The notes: generated from the sequence alone by a model not told the origin. DNA of 64,000 bases from Thraustochytrium aureum (GCA_012862495.1 BLSG01000080.1:118673-182672), one strand, 5' to 3'; positions 1 to 13,404 are shown, counted from the first letter of the stretch. A program made the numbers and translations.

Positions 1-1
1 G

Positions 2-1379
2 CCGTCCCCGACAGGCGAGCTGCGCGCGGCGCCCTGGGGCAGCGGAGCCGAGCTGAGCTCGCCTGCCACCGAAGACGCTCAGCGCCCACGAGCAGCAGGG
101 TCGAACCGAGACCTTCCCTTGCGGTGCACGTTCGAGGGCTGCGGCAAACTGTTCAAGGACAAGAAAGTGCTCCGCAAGCACATGATGACGCACCAGCCGC
201 GCCGCTTCCACTGCGAGCACCCCGGGTGCGGCAAGTCGTTCTACGAGCGCGCCAAGCTAAAACGTCACAACCTCGTGCACAGTGGCGAGAAGAACTTTAT
301 CTGCACCTTCGAGGGCTGCAACAAGCGCTTCGCGCTCAAGGCCAACCTGCAGACGCACTTTCGCGTTCACACCGGAACTCGGCCATTTGCTTGCCCGTTT
401 CCGGGCTGCCCGAAGCGTTTCTCGCAAACCAGCGGGCGCAACTCGCACTACAAAACGCACCTGAAACGCAACAAGCGCGGCGCCGACGCAGCCGGGCTTC
501 CCGTCGTCGCCAACCCCAAGGCATTAGAGCCGCTCAGAGCGCGCCGGAAGCTCTCAAGCGCCGACGACGAAAACATCTTCGACCAGCCGGGCTCGACCTC
601 GTCATCGCCAAGCTCGGCGTTGACTCGCGGTCTCCACGCCGAGCCGGGGCGCTCAAGTTCGAGCGCCGGTCCGAACCCAGCCCCGCTCCTCGGCGCGGCG
701 GTGGCTGAGGCGAGGCATCTTTTCGACGCAGCTTCCCTTGAACGTTCCGGCCTCGGAGTGGGGCGCTTCGGCACGCCCTTCCTTGGCCGGACGCCCCTGC
801 AGGGCATCTCGCCGCTGGCCATGCCGCCAGCGGCGTCGTATTTGCATCTGCTTTCCGGGAAGGGAGGCCAGGAGACGTGCCGGACACGGTGTCCTCGTTG
901 CGCCCTTCGACTGGCTTTGCCGAGGCCAAGGGCTCGTCGCCGCTCTCGGTGTCTGCTTCGTCAGGCCCTTCCTCGCCCTCGCTCAGCGCAGGCGCCCTCG
1001 GCGCTCTCGGTGGACTCAATTCCGCGCTGCTAGGCGGCGGGGTGGCAGAGGAGGCGGCCCAGCTAGTCCATCGGCGCATGCCTCTGGGTCGCCTTCTGGG
1101 TCTTGCTCGATGCTCCTTGATTTTATCAAATCGGAGAGCTACGAGTCGTTTCTGCGCCAGTCGGGCGTCCTCGGGGGTGGTGGCGCGCCCGTCTCGCCGC
1201 TGCAGGTCCAGGCCGCGCTGCAGCAGTTGCAGGCAAGGACTGATCTGGAGCGCCGGCGCCAGCAGCTCGAACTTCTTAGTGGGCTGCGCCTGAGCCCCGA
1301 GCAGCTCACGGCCGCCTTGATGGGCCGGCGCGGGAGCGATGCGCCTGACTGGCGCCTGGATAGCGGTGAGAACCAATAG
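2..1379 (+). CDS. C2H2 zinc-finger transcription factor, YY1-like (5' end outside window; two apparent frameshifts near 870 and 1040)
   Basis: Four C2H2 fingers with HSGEKNF and HTGTRPF linkers. CTFEGCNKRFALKANLQTHFRVH resembles YY1 finger 3. The frame is open from the window start. The Ser/Gly/Gln-rich C-terminus continues in the 877 and 738 frames to TAG at 1379. Confidence 0.85.
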
Positions 1380-2050
1380 TCGGGCGGGCCGTGCACTTTG
1401 CTCTATTCTGGCTACAGTCCCTCGCGTGTTTTTAATTGTACCGTCGTCGTGTACCAGTACTGCAACCCTCGCGGCGCTGCCTTAGACCGCCTGGCGTACC
1501 TGCTCGTGCCTTTCTCGCATGCTGCCTACCTGCGCATCTCTGTGCGCGTGCAATCTCGTACCATCTTCAGCATGCTTTTGTTCTGTTTTTTGCTCTCGAT
1601 TACTTAGTTTTTCACTTTCCATCACTCTTTTGGTTTTTCTCGTCATCAGTTGCCGCAGGCGCCAGGGCCACAGCAAGCCACAGCGTTCGCGCGTCAACGC
1701 GCGCGCGTCAACGCCGCGCGCTGCAAAACTACCGGAAGCTCGCTCGTCCTTTTCTTTCCACATTCACCAAATTTTTGTTCAGAGCACCAGCAGAGCCCAA
1801 TCAAAAAATGTTGTGTTGCTCGCGGTGGCTGCTCGGCCCACGGTAACGAACGCGCTCCAGTGGCGAAGCCTCGAGTAGGTCCATCTAGAGCTCTAGTAGA
1901 GACAGTCGACTGACTCTTCGTGCGCTTGTGCGCCTCAGGCGAGCGACCTGCTCAGGCACTCGGCCAATCGGCGCAGCCGAGCAGCGTCGCGACTTGAAGC
2001 AAGCAGTCAGCAAGCGAGCGCCCCTCGAGCTGTAGAGCTAGCTCCGTGCG

Positions 2051-3350
2051 ATGGCCGCAGACGCCGAGCTGGACGAGCTTGACGCGCAGCGCGTACTCGA
2101 CGAGGTGCAGGTGATCCACGCCGTGTTTGACCCCGACGGAGCGGCGGCCCAGCCGCGCGGCTGCGACCACGAAGACGACGGCGTGCCGGTTTGCGTTGTC
2201 CACCCTGGCAGGGCGCAAGCAGACCGAGTTCGCTTTATCGTGGCCGTTCGCGTCAGCCCGCAAGTGCGGGTGCGTCTAGCTGTCCCGCTGCGATACCCCT
2301 CGACAGAGGCGCTCGCCTGCGCCGTGAGCGCGCCGGACTTGCGAGTCGAAGCCGTTCGCGAGCTTGGCCGCGTCGCAAATGCCGCTGCGAAGGCGACCCC
2401 CGGGGAAGAGAGCATGCTTGCCGTGCTGCAGCGCGTCGAGGAAGAGTGGGCCAAGATCGCTGCGCGGGCGGCCAACCAATCTGATGTTGATGCCGTCGTG
2501 GAGCAGGGCGGTGCGGGCAAGGCACAAGGGCAAACCAGGCTCGCTGACGACCTGCCGGACCTTGTCCTCGGTCGGCGACTCATGTACAGCCACCACATCA
2601 TTTCCAAGACGAAACGGCGCCAGATCCGCGACTGGGCTCTTGAGCTAAACGTGACGTCAATCTGCAAGATCGGCTGGCCTGGCATCATTGTTTGTGAGGG
2701 CGCCGAGCCTGACTGTGAAGAGTATNNNNNNNNNNNNNNNNNNNNNNNNNNNNNNNNNNNNNNNNNNNNNNNNNNNNNNNNNNNNNNNNNNNNNNNNNNN
2801 NNNNNNNNNNNNNNNNNNNNNNNNNNNNNNNNNNNNNNNNNNNNNNNNNNNNNNNNNNNNNNNNNNNNNNNNNNNNNNNNNNNNNNNNNNNNNNNNNNNN
2901 NNNNNNNNNNNNNNNNNNNNNNNNNNNNNNNNNNNNNNNNNNNNNNNNNNNNNNNNNNNNNNNNNNNNNNNNNNNNNNNNNNNNNNNNNNNNNNNNNNNN
3001 NNNNNNNNNNNNNNNNNNNNNNNNNNNNNNNNNNNNNNNNNNTTTGTGAGGGCGCCGAGCCTGACTGTGAAGAGTATGTTGCACGCCTGCAGGCGCTGCG
3101 CTGGCAACACTTTACGGTCCGCGGAGTTCAGGTCGTTCGAGCGTCCGAGCTCGCTGCCGAGCTCGAGCAGCGACCCGGCTCGATTGCTGAAATGTGTGTA
3201 TTGCCCCGCGGCGTCGTCGAGCTGGGCGAAAAGGAGACCAAATCGCTGGCGGACATGTGCAAGTCGGCTGGGCTGTACGACTTGTTCATGACCTCCCATG
3301 AAAGTTTACCAACACTGAGCCTGCCTCGAGCAACTGGGTCGCTCCATTAG
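2051..3350 (+). CDS. RWDD2: RWD-domain protein RWDD2-like (RWD + DUF1115), spanning a false gap
   Basis: N-terminal RWD-like region (LDEVQVIHAVF...VPLRYP). C-terminal YSHHIISKTKRRQI..WALELNVTSICKIGWPGIIVCEG...CEEYVARLQALRWQ is typical of DUF1115. 35 nt is duplicated on both sides of the gap. Confidence 0.85.
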
Positions 3351-3935
3351 CGGGCCGCGTGCATCGCAGGTCGCCTCGCAGGTCGCAGGTCGCAGGTCGC
3401 CTGGCCCGGACGCGGTCGAGCCGCACGGAGCAACCAAGGTCTGAACAAGAGCGCGAAGGGCCGCAAGTAGGCCGATACTGATGTGGAAGTTGTTCTTTTG
3501 AATGGCAACGAATGTGAATAAGGTTCGTCGCCGGCCAAGCCAAAGGTGGAGCGGGAGCCGCAGAGTTGGATTCTCACCCCGCTCGTGCCGGCGGGGCGGC
3601 GTCGCCGGCTACAAACTCAACTACAAAACTCGCCCCTGCCGTGGCAACGACGAGCGGGCCGGGCCGCCTCTTTGCACCGGCTGGCCCCTATCTCTAGAGA
3701 ATGACCAACCGCGCGGTCGGAGATGCGCGACTTTTGGGCAGGCACGAGCGGGACATGGCCCGCCCGCTACGCTGCTCTACTCAGCGAGGACGCAGCCCGC
3801 AGGTCATGGCAAAGTGTGAGAGCACCGAGCAATGAATCGCGGGCGCCCATCGCGCACCAACAGACGGCACTCTCTCGCGAGCGTAGCCAGCGGCGCAGCG
3901 CGCACTTAGGGCTCAACAAAGAGGGACGGGCTTGT

Positions 3936-6127
3936 TCACTCCTCGACGCCCTCCTGCTTGGCCAGCATCGTCTCCAGCGAGGACTTGGTCGCCTTCTTCT
4001 CAGCGGCGTCAAGCGGCTGAGCCTTGCCGAAAGTCAGGTCGTCGTCGTTGTCGCCCTTGCGGACGGCCTTGAGGCCCTCAAACCCCGTGGGCGCTGGCGC
4101 GGGCGCGGGAGCCGAGGCTTTGGCAGCACCCGCACCGCGAGCGACCTTGACGACAGTCACAGGCTTGACCGTGACCGCAGGCTCCGCCTTGGGCTTGGCG
4201 GGCGCCGCCTTGCTAAAGTCTCCGCGCAGCTTTTTGCTGTTGCTGGCTGAACCGGTTTCGGCGACCTCCTTCTCGAGGTCCTTCTTGAAGTCTTCAATGG
4301 TGCCTTGGTAGGTCACGAGCGTGCCGTCGTCGCAGAGCCAGATCTCCTTGGCAACCTGCGAGATGAGGCGGATGTCGTGCGACACCACGCAGACGCCTCC
4401 GTCAAAAGCGTTGATGGCGTCCGCGAGCGCGTCGATCGTCTCGGGGTCGAGCGCGTTGGTCGGCTCATCGAGGAAGATGATGTGCGGCCGGCTTTCGGCA
4501 ATGTAGGCAAAGCAGATGCGCGCGCGCTGGCCGTCGCTGAGCTGCGAGATCTTCATCGCCTGGGCCGAGCCCGTGATGCCAAAGCGGCCCACCATGCTGC
4601 GCACCTTTTCGACAGAGTTGACCTCGCCCGTGATCGCGTCCTTGGGGAACATCGATTGCATGTACTCGATGGCGGTCTTGTCAAACGGGAGCTGGTCGAC
4701 GGTGTGCTGCTGGTACGCCGAGATCTTGAGATGGTGATGGCGGCGCACCATGCCCTCGGTGGGCATGAGATCCCCCATGAGCAGCTTGAGCAGGGTGGAC
4801 TTGCCGGCACCGTTCGGGCCGACGAGGCAGACCCGCGAGTCGCAGTCCAGGCCGCGGTCGATGCCGCTGTACAGCAGCTCGCAGCCAGGGTACGCAAAGC
4901 CGACTTCCTGAAGCTGCAGGACCGGGGGCGGGAGCTTGCCACAGGGGTAAAAGGTGATGGTGATGCCGCGGTCCGAGGAGACCTTTTCGGTGAGGCCGGC
5001 GCGCACCATCTTTTCGAGGGTCTTTTCCTTGGACTGGGCCTGCTTGGCCAGCTTGGCGCTGCCGTGGCCGAACCGCGCGATGTAGTTTTTCATGTCGGCG
5101 ATCTGGGCCTGCTCCCAGTCGTACTTTTTCATTTGCATCGTCTCCTTTTCTTTGCGGGTCCGCACGTACGTGTCGTAGTTGCCGCCAAAGTACTCGAGCT
5201 TGCGGTCGCGCAGGAGGATGATGTTGGTGCAAACCCCGTTCAAAAAGTCCTGCGAGTGGGACACGAGCAGGAGGATCTTGTTGAATTTCTTGAGGTACTG
5301 CTCGAACCACACCACTGCGCCCATGTCGAGGTGGTTGGTCGGCTCGTCCAAGATCAGAAACGTCGGGTTGAGGTACAGCGCCTTGGCCAGCGCAATGCGC
5401 ATCAGCCACCCACCGCTAAAGTCCTTGGTCTGCTTGGCCTGCATTTCCTTGGTAAAGCCGAGACCGTCCAGGATGCTGGCTGCGCGCTTTTCTGCGGTGT
5501 CGGCGTCCAGTTCGTCCAGGCGCTCGTAGACATCGCTCAGCGCCTCGCTAAGGGCGGTCTGCTCCACGTCGGTGAGATTTTCGTCGCCCATCTCCTCGCT
5601 GAGGCGCTCTGCGGCGGCCTCCAGCTCTGCTTTCTCCTGGTCCACCTCGAGCACGGCCTCTAGCGCGGTCTTTTCCGACTTGTCCATGCCGCGTTCGACG
5701 GTGTAGACGTCGATGTTTTTCGGCCGCGGGACCATGCCGGCGGCGATGGCGCGCAAGAGGGTCGACTTGCCGGACCCGTTCATGCCCACCAAACCGTAGC
5801 GCTGCCCGTACGAGAGGACCAGCTGCGAGTCCACCACGAGCTCGAAACCGTGGTACGAGACGGTCAGGTTGTCCACGAGCACCTGCTTGGCGTTGTCGTG
5901 GAGCTTCTTTTCGTTCGTGCCGTACGTGCAGACAATGTCGGGGTACATCTCAGGGACGGGCCTGCCAAGCGTGGCGTTCTGGGTGGCCTCCTCCGCACGG
6001 CGCTTCTTCTCCTCGTCGCTGACCTTGCCCCCGCGTTGGCGGCGGCATTCTCCTCCTCGCCGGCCTTCTTCTTGGACTTTTTCTCGCTCTTCGGCGCCGA
6101 GGCGTACTTGCCCTTCTTGACCCCCAT
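3936..6127 (-). CDS. ABCF2: ABC-F family translation-associated ATPase (one frameshift in a G5 run near 6030)
   Basis: Two NBDs (GMNGSGKS/FSGGW/LILDEPTNHLD and GPNGAGKS/LSDGQ/FLDEPTN), linker YIARFGHGSAKLAKQAQSKEK, no TM helices. The Lys-rich N-terminus MGVKKGK lies in the adjacent frame. Confidence 0.95.
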
Positions 6128-6686
6128 CCTGCTTCCCGCACGCGCCTTGCGGCGTCCCCAGCAGCTCCCCCACGCACAACTGCAGCGCCCGCCCGCAGCG
6201 AACTCCCCTTCGCAAGCCGCCACGCCTGCCCCGCCTGCCCCGCCTGCTCCGCCTGCTCCGCCTGCTCCGCCTGCGCCGCTTCCGTTGCGAGTCTGACTGC
6301 CTTGCCTTCTCGCCGCCTTGCTGCCTGCGCCTGACGCGACTTCCTGTGGCGCGACTGCCTCGATTGTCTGGTGCTCGCCGACATGCTCTCGCTTCACCTT
6401 TTCCCCCTTCTTCTCTTTTCTTCTCTCCTCTTCTCCTCACCGCCCCTCGCTTTTCCGCACAGATTCAACGCGCGCACGGAGAGGGAGGCACGGCGATCGA
6501 GGAAGCGTTCGCTGGGAGGGCGCTCGCGCAAGGGCCCGGGACGCCTCACGCGTGGCACGGGGATTGGAGGTCAAGAGGCGTGCAGCGGGCTGGAGGCGCG
6601 GCTGCGGGTTTGAGCCGGTTTTCCACCGCGCGCTCACAACGACGCGCCGTTGGTGAGGCGCCAACGCGCGATGGGCTCACAGCCAA

Positions 6687-7580
6687 TCAAAACCGTGGGG
6701 AAGGCGACCCAGTCGCCAAACGGGAATCGCTGCTTGTAGCGGAACGCGCGCCAACCGCCTGGAGCGCTTCGGTTGTTCGACTCTCGCAGCGGGGACTCAA
6801 GGCGGCGCTTTCGCTCGGCGCCGCAGGCGTTGTTCGCTGTGTTGTTTGCTTGCAATTTGTTGTCGAGCTGGCACGCTGAACGCGGATGGCGTCGCACTGC
6901 GTCCTGCCAGCCAGCTCAAGCCCGTTCGATTTGTACGAGGAGGTCGCAAAGAGCAGGTCGCAAAGAGCGTCCACAACCTCCTGGCGTCTCCCAGGTGCGT
7001 CCACTTGGCACCTCTGATGACCTGGTGTCATCCACCGCTGCAACTCTCCAAATAAATGATGGAATGATGAAAACGAACGTTGAACAAGATTCCCGCGTCG
7101 CTGAGGACGCTCTCGAAAGCAGCGTCAGGCCCGCCAACAACACGGTCCTGCAGCGTTTCCAACACTCGTTGCGCCGGGCGGGGATCGTTGCTCTGGACGC
7201 GAGGCTCCGCAGCGTCCGCACATCCGCTGTCGGTTCCCGCCTTCGATGGCGCCTTGCGCTTCCCCGCGGCAGCTTGAGTGCCGCATCCACTCCCCGCACG
7301 ACCCCCCGCCGTCAGGGCGCCCGCCGCCAATACCGACTCGCGCCAAGCGTTGCGGGCGTGGCGCGGCAACCGGAAAAATGCAGGCGCACGTACGTGCTGG
7401 GCGATTTCGTTTTTGTTGCGATAGAGCGCGGGAACTCGGAGGCCCGTCGCCGTGGCGGGCAGCGCCCGGCTGAGCCAGCTAGCTACCATCCCGCCCGCCC
7501 GCGCCCCACGACGGCAGCGGGCGCGCTGGCAACGCCGTCGCGAAGCGCCCGCCGCTTGGCCTGCGCCTGGCGAGTCTTGG
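6687..7580 (-). CDS. Possible hypothetical protein fragment (frameshifted, runs into gap)
   Basis: Two consecutive minus-strand ORFs with globular-looking segments (RVLETLQDRVV..FESVLSDAGILFNVRF; EVVDALCDLLF). No family recognised. Confidence 0.25.
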
Positions 7581-7974
7581 NNNNNNNNNNNNNNNNNNNN
7601 NNNNNNNNNNNNNNNNNNNNNNNNNNNNNNNNNNNNNNNNNNNNNNNNNNNNNNNNNNNNNNNNNNNNNNNNNNNNNNNNNNNNNNNNNNNNNNNNNNNN
7701 NNNNNNNNNNNNNNNNNNNNNNNNNNNNNNNNNNNNNNNNNNNNNNNNNNNNNNNNNNNNNNNNNNNNNNNNNNNNNNNNNNNNNNNNNNNNNNNNNNNN
7801 NNNNNNNNNNNNNNNNNNNNNNNNNNNNNNNNNNNNNNNNNNNNNNNNNNNNNNNNNNNNNNNNNNNCGCCGCTGAGCTCAACTACTGCTCCGGCGCAAC
7901 CGGATGGTGGCGGCAGCCGAGACCCGCCCGTTGGGAAGCTTGCGCGGCAGCCGAGTTTTGGCTACCCAGGCGAG

Positions 7975-9154
7975 ATGCGGCGCGTCAAGGCTGTCGCCGA
8001 GCAGACCCGCATCCTCGTGACAGGCGCATCGGGGCAAATCGGCGCGGAGCTGCTGCCCTACCTGCGTCGCGAGTACGGCGTTGAAAACGTGGTGGCCTCC
8101 GACATCCGCATGCCGCGCCGCAAGAACGGCGGCGCCAACCCGTGGGCCACCGGTTCGTTCCCGGGCGAAGGCGCTGCGGTTTCTGGGGGGCCCCTTCGTG
8201 TACTGCGATGTTCTGCAGAAAGACGCGCTTATGCGGATCGTGCTTGAGCAGGGGATCGACATGATTGTGCACAACGCCTCCATGCTCAGCGCAATCGGGG
8301 AGCGCAACCCGCAGCTTGCGCTTCGCGTAAATACGCGCGGGGTGGAGAACGTGCTGGAGGTCGCGCGGGAGAACGAGCTCCGTGTGTTTACTCCCAGTAC
8401 GATCGCGGTGTTCGGGCCGAGCACTCCCAAGGAGGACACGCCCGACCACACGGTGATGCGCCCGACCACGGTGTACGGGATTTCCAAGGTTTATCTGGAG
8501 CTCTTGGGGAGCTACTACCACTCTCGGTACGGGCTCGACTTTCGATCGCTGCGGTATCCCGGCGTTATTTCGGCAGAGACGCTGCCTGGTGGCGGGGTAT
8601 GTTTCGTTTTGCTGTCGCTGCCAAGGGGGGAGGGGCGGGGGGCGAGGGGGGTTGCTTGTGTTTGCGTGCTTGCCTGCTTGCGTGCTTGGATCGGAAGCCT
8701 GCTTGGCGGGTTGGTAGGTAGCTAACGGCTCGTTCTCGCGCAGACCACCGACTACGCGGTGGAGATCTACTACGAGGCCATCAAGTCTGGCCGCTATACC
8801 TCGTTCCTGCAGCGCGACACCGCGCTCCCAATGATGTACATGGACGACTGCCTCAAGGCGACGCTCATGCTGCTCAAGGCCCCGAGCGAGGCGTTGACGG
8901 AGCGCGTCTACAACATCACCTCCATGAGCTTCACCCCCGAGGAGCTCGCCGCTTCGATCCGCAAGGAGATTCCAGACTTTGCCATCGATTACCAGCCGGA
9001 CTTTCGCCAGCAGATTGCCGACTCGTGGCCCAAGTCGATAAACGACGACCTCGCGCGCAAGGACTGGGGCTGGCGCCCCTCCTTTGACATTGACGCCATG
9101 ACGCGCGACATGCTCGCCAAACTCCACCGCAAGCTCAAAGCGCAGGACCTCTGA
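7975..9154 (+). CDS. TDH: L-threonine 3-dehydrogenase (SDR type); frameshift near 8190, intron 8597-8743
   Basis: [48 protein letters not shown], and [15 protein letters not shown] once the intron is removed. Confidence 0.93.
8597..8743 (+). other. Spliceosomal intron in TDH (147 nt)
   Basis: GTATGT donor, GCTAAC branch site at 8721, CGCAG acceptor. Removal restores the conserved PGGGTTDYA motif. Confidence 0.9.
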
Positions 9155-10109
9155 GATACCGATGACTTCACAGCCTGCGCGGCCCGAGTGGCGCATGAAA
9201 ACAAGCCGTTCTCGCACTGCCTTCGTGGCAGCAGCAACGTAAGGTTCAACCGCAATCTCAAGTTCTCTTTCTGCTTGAAAGCCGACCATTCTCGCGCCCT
9301 TGGTCTTCGCCGCTGCCCTGGATGGCTCTGCCTTCGCCCGCTCCCCAGGGCCGGCTCCGTCGTCGCGAGCGAACGAAAAACACCCCAAAAAACCCGTCTT
9401 CCTCGCGTGCTGGTACTCTTTGCCTACTCTTCGGTATTTCCAACAGGCGCAAATGAGCCCATGACAGCCCACACCAGCGCCTTCCCTAGGGTTCCGCGTG
9501 CCCTCCCAGGCGTCAACTTCTGTGAGTCGTTGGCGTATTGTGCTCGTGCCTTTTCCTCGAATACACCGCCTCGGCACACCTCACAAAAAACCACTTTATT
9601 CCACCCCAAATAGGGGCCACCACGCTCCGCCTCCCGACCGGCCTGCGTCCGCTCTTCAAGCGACGGCGGGATAACGGCAGCCAGCGAGAAGGCGACGCGC
9701 GGGGGCGGGCAGACCTGCGCGCGGGGNNNNNNNNNNNNNNNNNNNNNNNNNNNNNNNNNNNNNNNNNNNNNNNNNNNNNNNNNNNNNNNNNNNNNNNNNN
9801 NNNNNNNNNNNNNNNNNNNNNNNNNNNNNNNNNNNNNNNNNNNNNNNNNNNNNNNNNNNNNNNNNNNNNNNNNNNNNNNNNNNNNNNNNNNNNNNNNNNN
9901 NNNNNNNNNNNNNNNNNNNNNNNNNNNNNNNNNNNNNNNNNNNNNNNNNNNNNNNNNNNNNNNNNNNNNNNNNNNNNNNNNNNNNNNNNNNNNNNNNNNN
10001 NNNNNNNNNNNNNNNNNNNNNNNNNNNNNNNNNNNNNNNNNNNNNNNNNNNNNNNNNNNNNNNNNNNNNNNNNNNNNNNNNNNNNNNNNNNNNNNNNNNN
10101 NNNNNNNNN

Positions 10110-11401
10110 GAGTACCTCGCTGCGGACCCAGACTTTTCCCAAGCTGCGCAGACGTTCGCGAGCGCGGCAGGGCTAGACCTGCCAAGCGGCGCTTCAAGCG
10201 CGACCCCGCTCCTCGAGAAGAAGTGGACGTCGGTCGTTCGGCTGCAGCGCAAAGTCCTCGATTTGGAGAGCAAAGTCAAGGAGCTGGAGGCCGAGCGCAA
10301 GGCGTTCGGGGCCCTTGCGCAAGGGGCCGGCTCGAACGGCGCCGCAGGGGCGGGCCCAGCGGCGCTGCGGAGCGGCGAATCGTTCCTCCTCAAGACGTCA
10401 AGCAAGCAGCGGCTGCAGGGGCACCGCGCTCCGGTGACTAGCGTGGCGTTCCACCCGCGGTTCAACTTGTTGGTGAGCGCCTCCGAGGACGCCTCGGTCA
10501 AGGTGTGGGACTTTGAAACGGGCGAGTTCGAGCGCACGCTCAAGGGCCACACGAACGCGGTGCAAGATGCTTGCTTCAACGCGGACGGCTCGGTGCTGGC
10601 AACCTGCAGTGCGGACCTCAGCATCAAGCTCTGGGACTTTGCAGGCAAGTTTGACTGCATCAAGACCCTGATGGGCCACGACCACAACGTCTCTGGGGTC
10701 GCCTTCCTGAAGGGCGGTGCGCAGCTGGTCTCGTGCAGCCGCGACAAGACGCTCAAGATCTGGGACTGCGACTCTGGCTACTGCCTGCGCACCCTCCAAG
10801 GGCACGACGACTGGGTGCGCAAGGTGGCAGTGCACGAGCCCTCCGATGCGGTCGCGTCCTGCTCGAGCGACCACACTGTCATTGTCTGGGACCTCTCCCC
10901 CTCGGCCAGTGACGCGGTCCGTCAGCAGCTGCGCGGGCACGACCACGTCGTCGAGTGCGTCGCGTTCTCCTCGGCCGCAGCCGACAAGGCCATGGGGCCA
11001 GGCGCTGCGGCGCTGGCCAGCGCGGCTGGCGAAGACCCGGCTGGCCCTGCGACCTCGCGGCGCGCGGGTGGGCAGCATGTGGTGTCGGGCTCGCGTGACA
11101 GGACCATCAAGGTATGGCAGGTGGCTTCGGGGCCTGTTTGTTTTCCCTCGAGGGCCACGACAACTGGGTTCGGGCAGTGGCCTTCCAGCCGAACGGCAAG
11201 TACCTTTTATCTGCCTCTGAGGACAAGTCGATCCGGATGTGGGACGTGCAGCAGCAGCGCTGCGTGCGGACGGTGCCTGGGGCGCACCGACACTTTTTGA
11301 CCTGTCTCGGGGTGCATCCGAGCTTGGCGCTCGTGGCGACTGGCAGCGTGGACCAGGAGATAGCGCTGTGGTTCCCAGCGCCGAGCGCAGGGTCTGCTTG
11401 A
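10110..11401 (+). CDS. LIS1: Lissencephaly-1 homolog, dynein regulator (start in gap; frameshift in G-run near 11130)
   Basis: Reading from 10110 gives [23 protein letters not shown], the LIS1 hallmark. WD40 repeats follow ([48 protein letters not shown]). Confidence 0.95.
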
Positions 11402-11405
11402 TGAA

Positions 11406-11556
11406 CTGATCTGGAATAGTGGTAGTGGAAGCGAAAGCGAACTCAGTAAAGGTTGTCTCGCCAGGGAAGCGCTGCACGGCCTGATCTGGAATAGTGGTAG
11501 TGGAAGCGAAAGCAAACCCAATAAAGGTTGTCTCGCCAGGGAAGCGCTGCACGGCC
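11406..11556 (+). repeat. 75-bp direct tandem duplication (2 copies) just after the LIS1 stop
   Basis: ctgatctggaatagtggtagtggaagcgaaagc...gggaagcgctgcacggcc at 11406 and 11481, with a few mismatches. Confidence 0.9.
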
Positions 11557-11974
11557 CACGGGCCGTGGGCGTCGTCGTTGCTCAAGCTACTTAGCACAAG
11601 GCTCGCAAAAAGAAAACGAAGGAGAAAAGAAGTGTATGTTTGTGTGTACAAAAACCTGCGCGGCGCAGCTTGCCGTCAAGGACGCGCGCGCCGCGGAATC
11701 ATATGGAACGAATAAGAGCCCGCAGGGCACCGCGGAGCCTCGATCACGGCCGCGGCGCGCCGAGGTAATAGTCAGAGGGGCAGACCNNNNNNNNNNNNNN
11801 NNNNNNNNNNNNNNNNNNNNNNNNNNNNNNNNNNNNNNNNNNNNNNNNNNNNNNNNNNNNNNNNNNNNNNNNNNNNNNNNNNNNNNNNNNNNNNNNNNNN
11901 NNNNNNNNNNNNNNNNNNNNNNNNNNNNNNNNNNNNNNNNNNNNNNNNNNNNNNNNNNNNNNNNNNNNNNNNGT

Positions 11975-13404
11975 TCAGGCAACGAGGTTGGTGCGCGAGC
12001 CGACGCTCTTGAGGAACTTTGGGTTGCGCATGTCTGGGTTGAGGTCCACCACCATGACCGTGATGTCGTCGGTCGCAAGGCCGCCGTAGAGCCGCTTCTG
12101 CTTGGCGTGAGCCGCGAGCTTCTGGGCCGCCTTGCCGGGGTTGGCGATGCGGTTGACAAACTTGGCGATATCGGGCGAGTCCATGACGTCAAAGACGCCG
12201 TCGCTGCCCAGAACGAAGCGGCAGTACTCGCCGCGTGGCACCGAGAAGCTTGCGACGTCGGGCTCTGCGATGACAGAGCGCGCGGCGTAGGCGTCGCCGA
12301 TCGAGCGCGTCACTTGCAAGCTGACGCCGCCGGTGTGCGAAAAGACGCACTGCGGGCCAGTCGGCTTGCCGTTGAGCGTGCGCTGGCCCACGAACGAGTG
12401 CGCGCGGAGGCGGACGTTGCCAGACTCTGCGGCCTTCTCCTTCTCGCGGCGCCACAGCTCGCTCTCCAGCAGGCCCGGCCGCGGCGTGTGGTCGGCGTCG
12501 AGAATGCGCTGGTGCTCGCTCTCGCTGGCGTCGATGCGGTGGTCCAAAGTCAGGTCGAGGATGTCGCCCTTGTGCGAGATCATAAAGGCGCGGCAGTCGC
12601 CGACCCAAGCCACTTTGCCCTCGAGCGTTGTAGAGTCGCTGCGGTCGTCGATGCTGTTGGCAGGCTCGTCCTGGGCGACCATGACGGTCACCGCACATGT
12701 GCCTGCGCGCGGGTCGGTGTGCCGGTTGGCCTTCACCATGTCGTCCACGCGAAGGTAGCCCTTGATGATGGCCTCGTCGTCGGGCATGGGGAACGGCTCG
12801 TGCGGGCCGCTGGTGCTGGAGAAGGCGTCCTCGTCCGTGTTGGCGCTGTCCGTGTCCGAGCCGTACGAGGCGCGGGCAGCAGCGCCAATCTCGTCGTAGA
12901 GGCGGTCGACGCAGAGGTCTGCGGCGAGCGCGGAGGTGCCGTGGCCGTCGAAGCGCCAAAGTAGTGGATGTCAGAGCCGGACTCGTTGCCAAGGCGAATG
13001 TCGTAGCGGTCTTGGTCCTTATTGCCCACGGCTTGAGCGCAGCCGTAGCTCAGGTTGCCGGCGTCAAAGTAGTCCATGTTGACCTGCTTGGAGCCCGAGC
13101 GGTCCTCGCGGATCGAGCTGGCCCGGTGCGGGCCGGCCGAGCCGTGGTCGAGCGGGGAGGCGCCGGGCATGGTGTCGTGCGAGGAGAGGCTGTTGCCGCT
13201 GGCGCTCGACTTGAACGAGTTGACCGACATGCTCTTGCCAAAGCCGCCGACCTTGGGCAGCGACCGCCGCAGGTTGCCGAAGCTCCCCATGGACCGCTGG
13301 AAGGAGCCGCGCTTTTTCTTCTTCATGTCGCCCAGGGACGTCGGGACGGATAGGTTTTCTGCTACGACGCCTGCTACTGTGCTGTGGATGCTAGTGTCCT
13401 CCAT
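11975..13404 (-). CDS. PP2C/PPM-family protein phosphatase (1-nt deletion near 12955)
   Basis: QDRY, YFG(V)FDGHG split by the frameshift, AGTCA, AWVGDCRA, LTLDH, LQVTRSIGD, FVLGSDGVFDVM, DDITVMVV. Confidence 0.92.

Noticed and set aside
4305..5663. 452-aa plus-strand ORF, and similar long antisense ORFs (35788-38148 minus, 26390-27316 plus, 16454-18259 plus, 47057-48247 plus)
   Set aside because: These are shadows of real genes on the opposite strand, expected with high GC3 codon bias.
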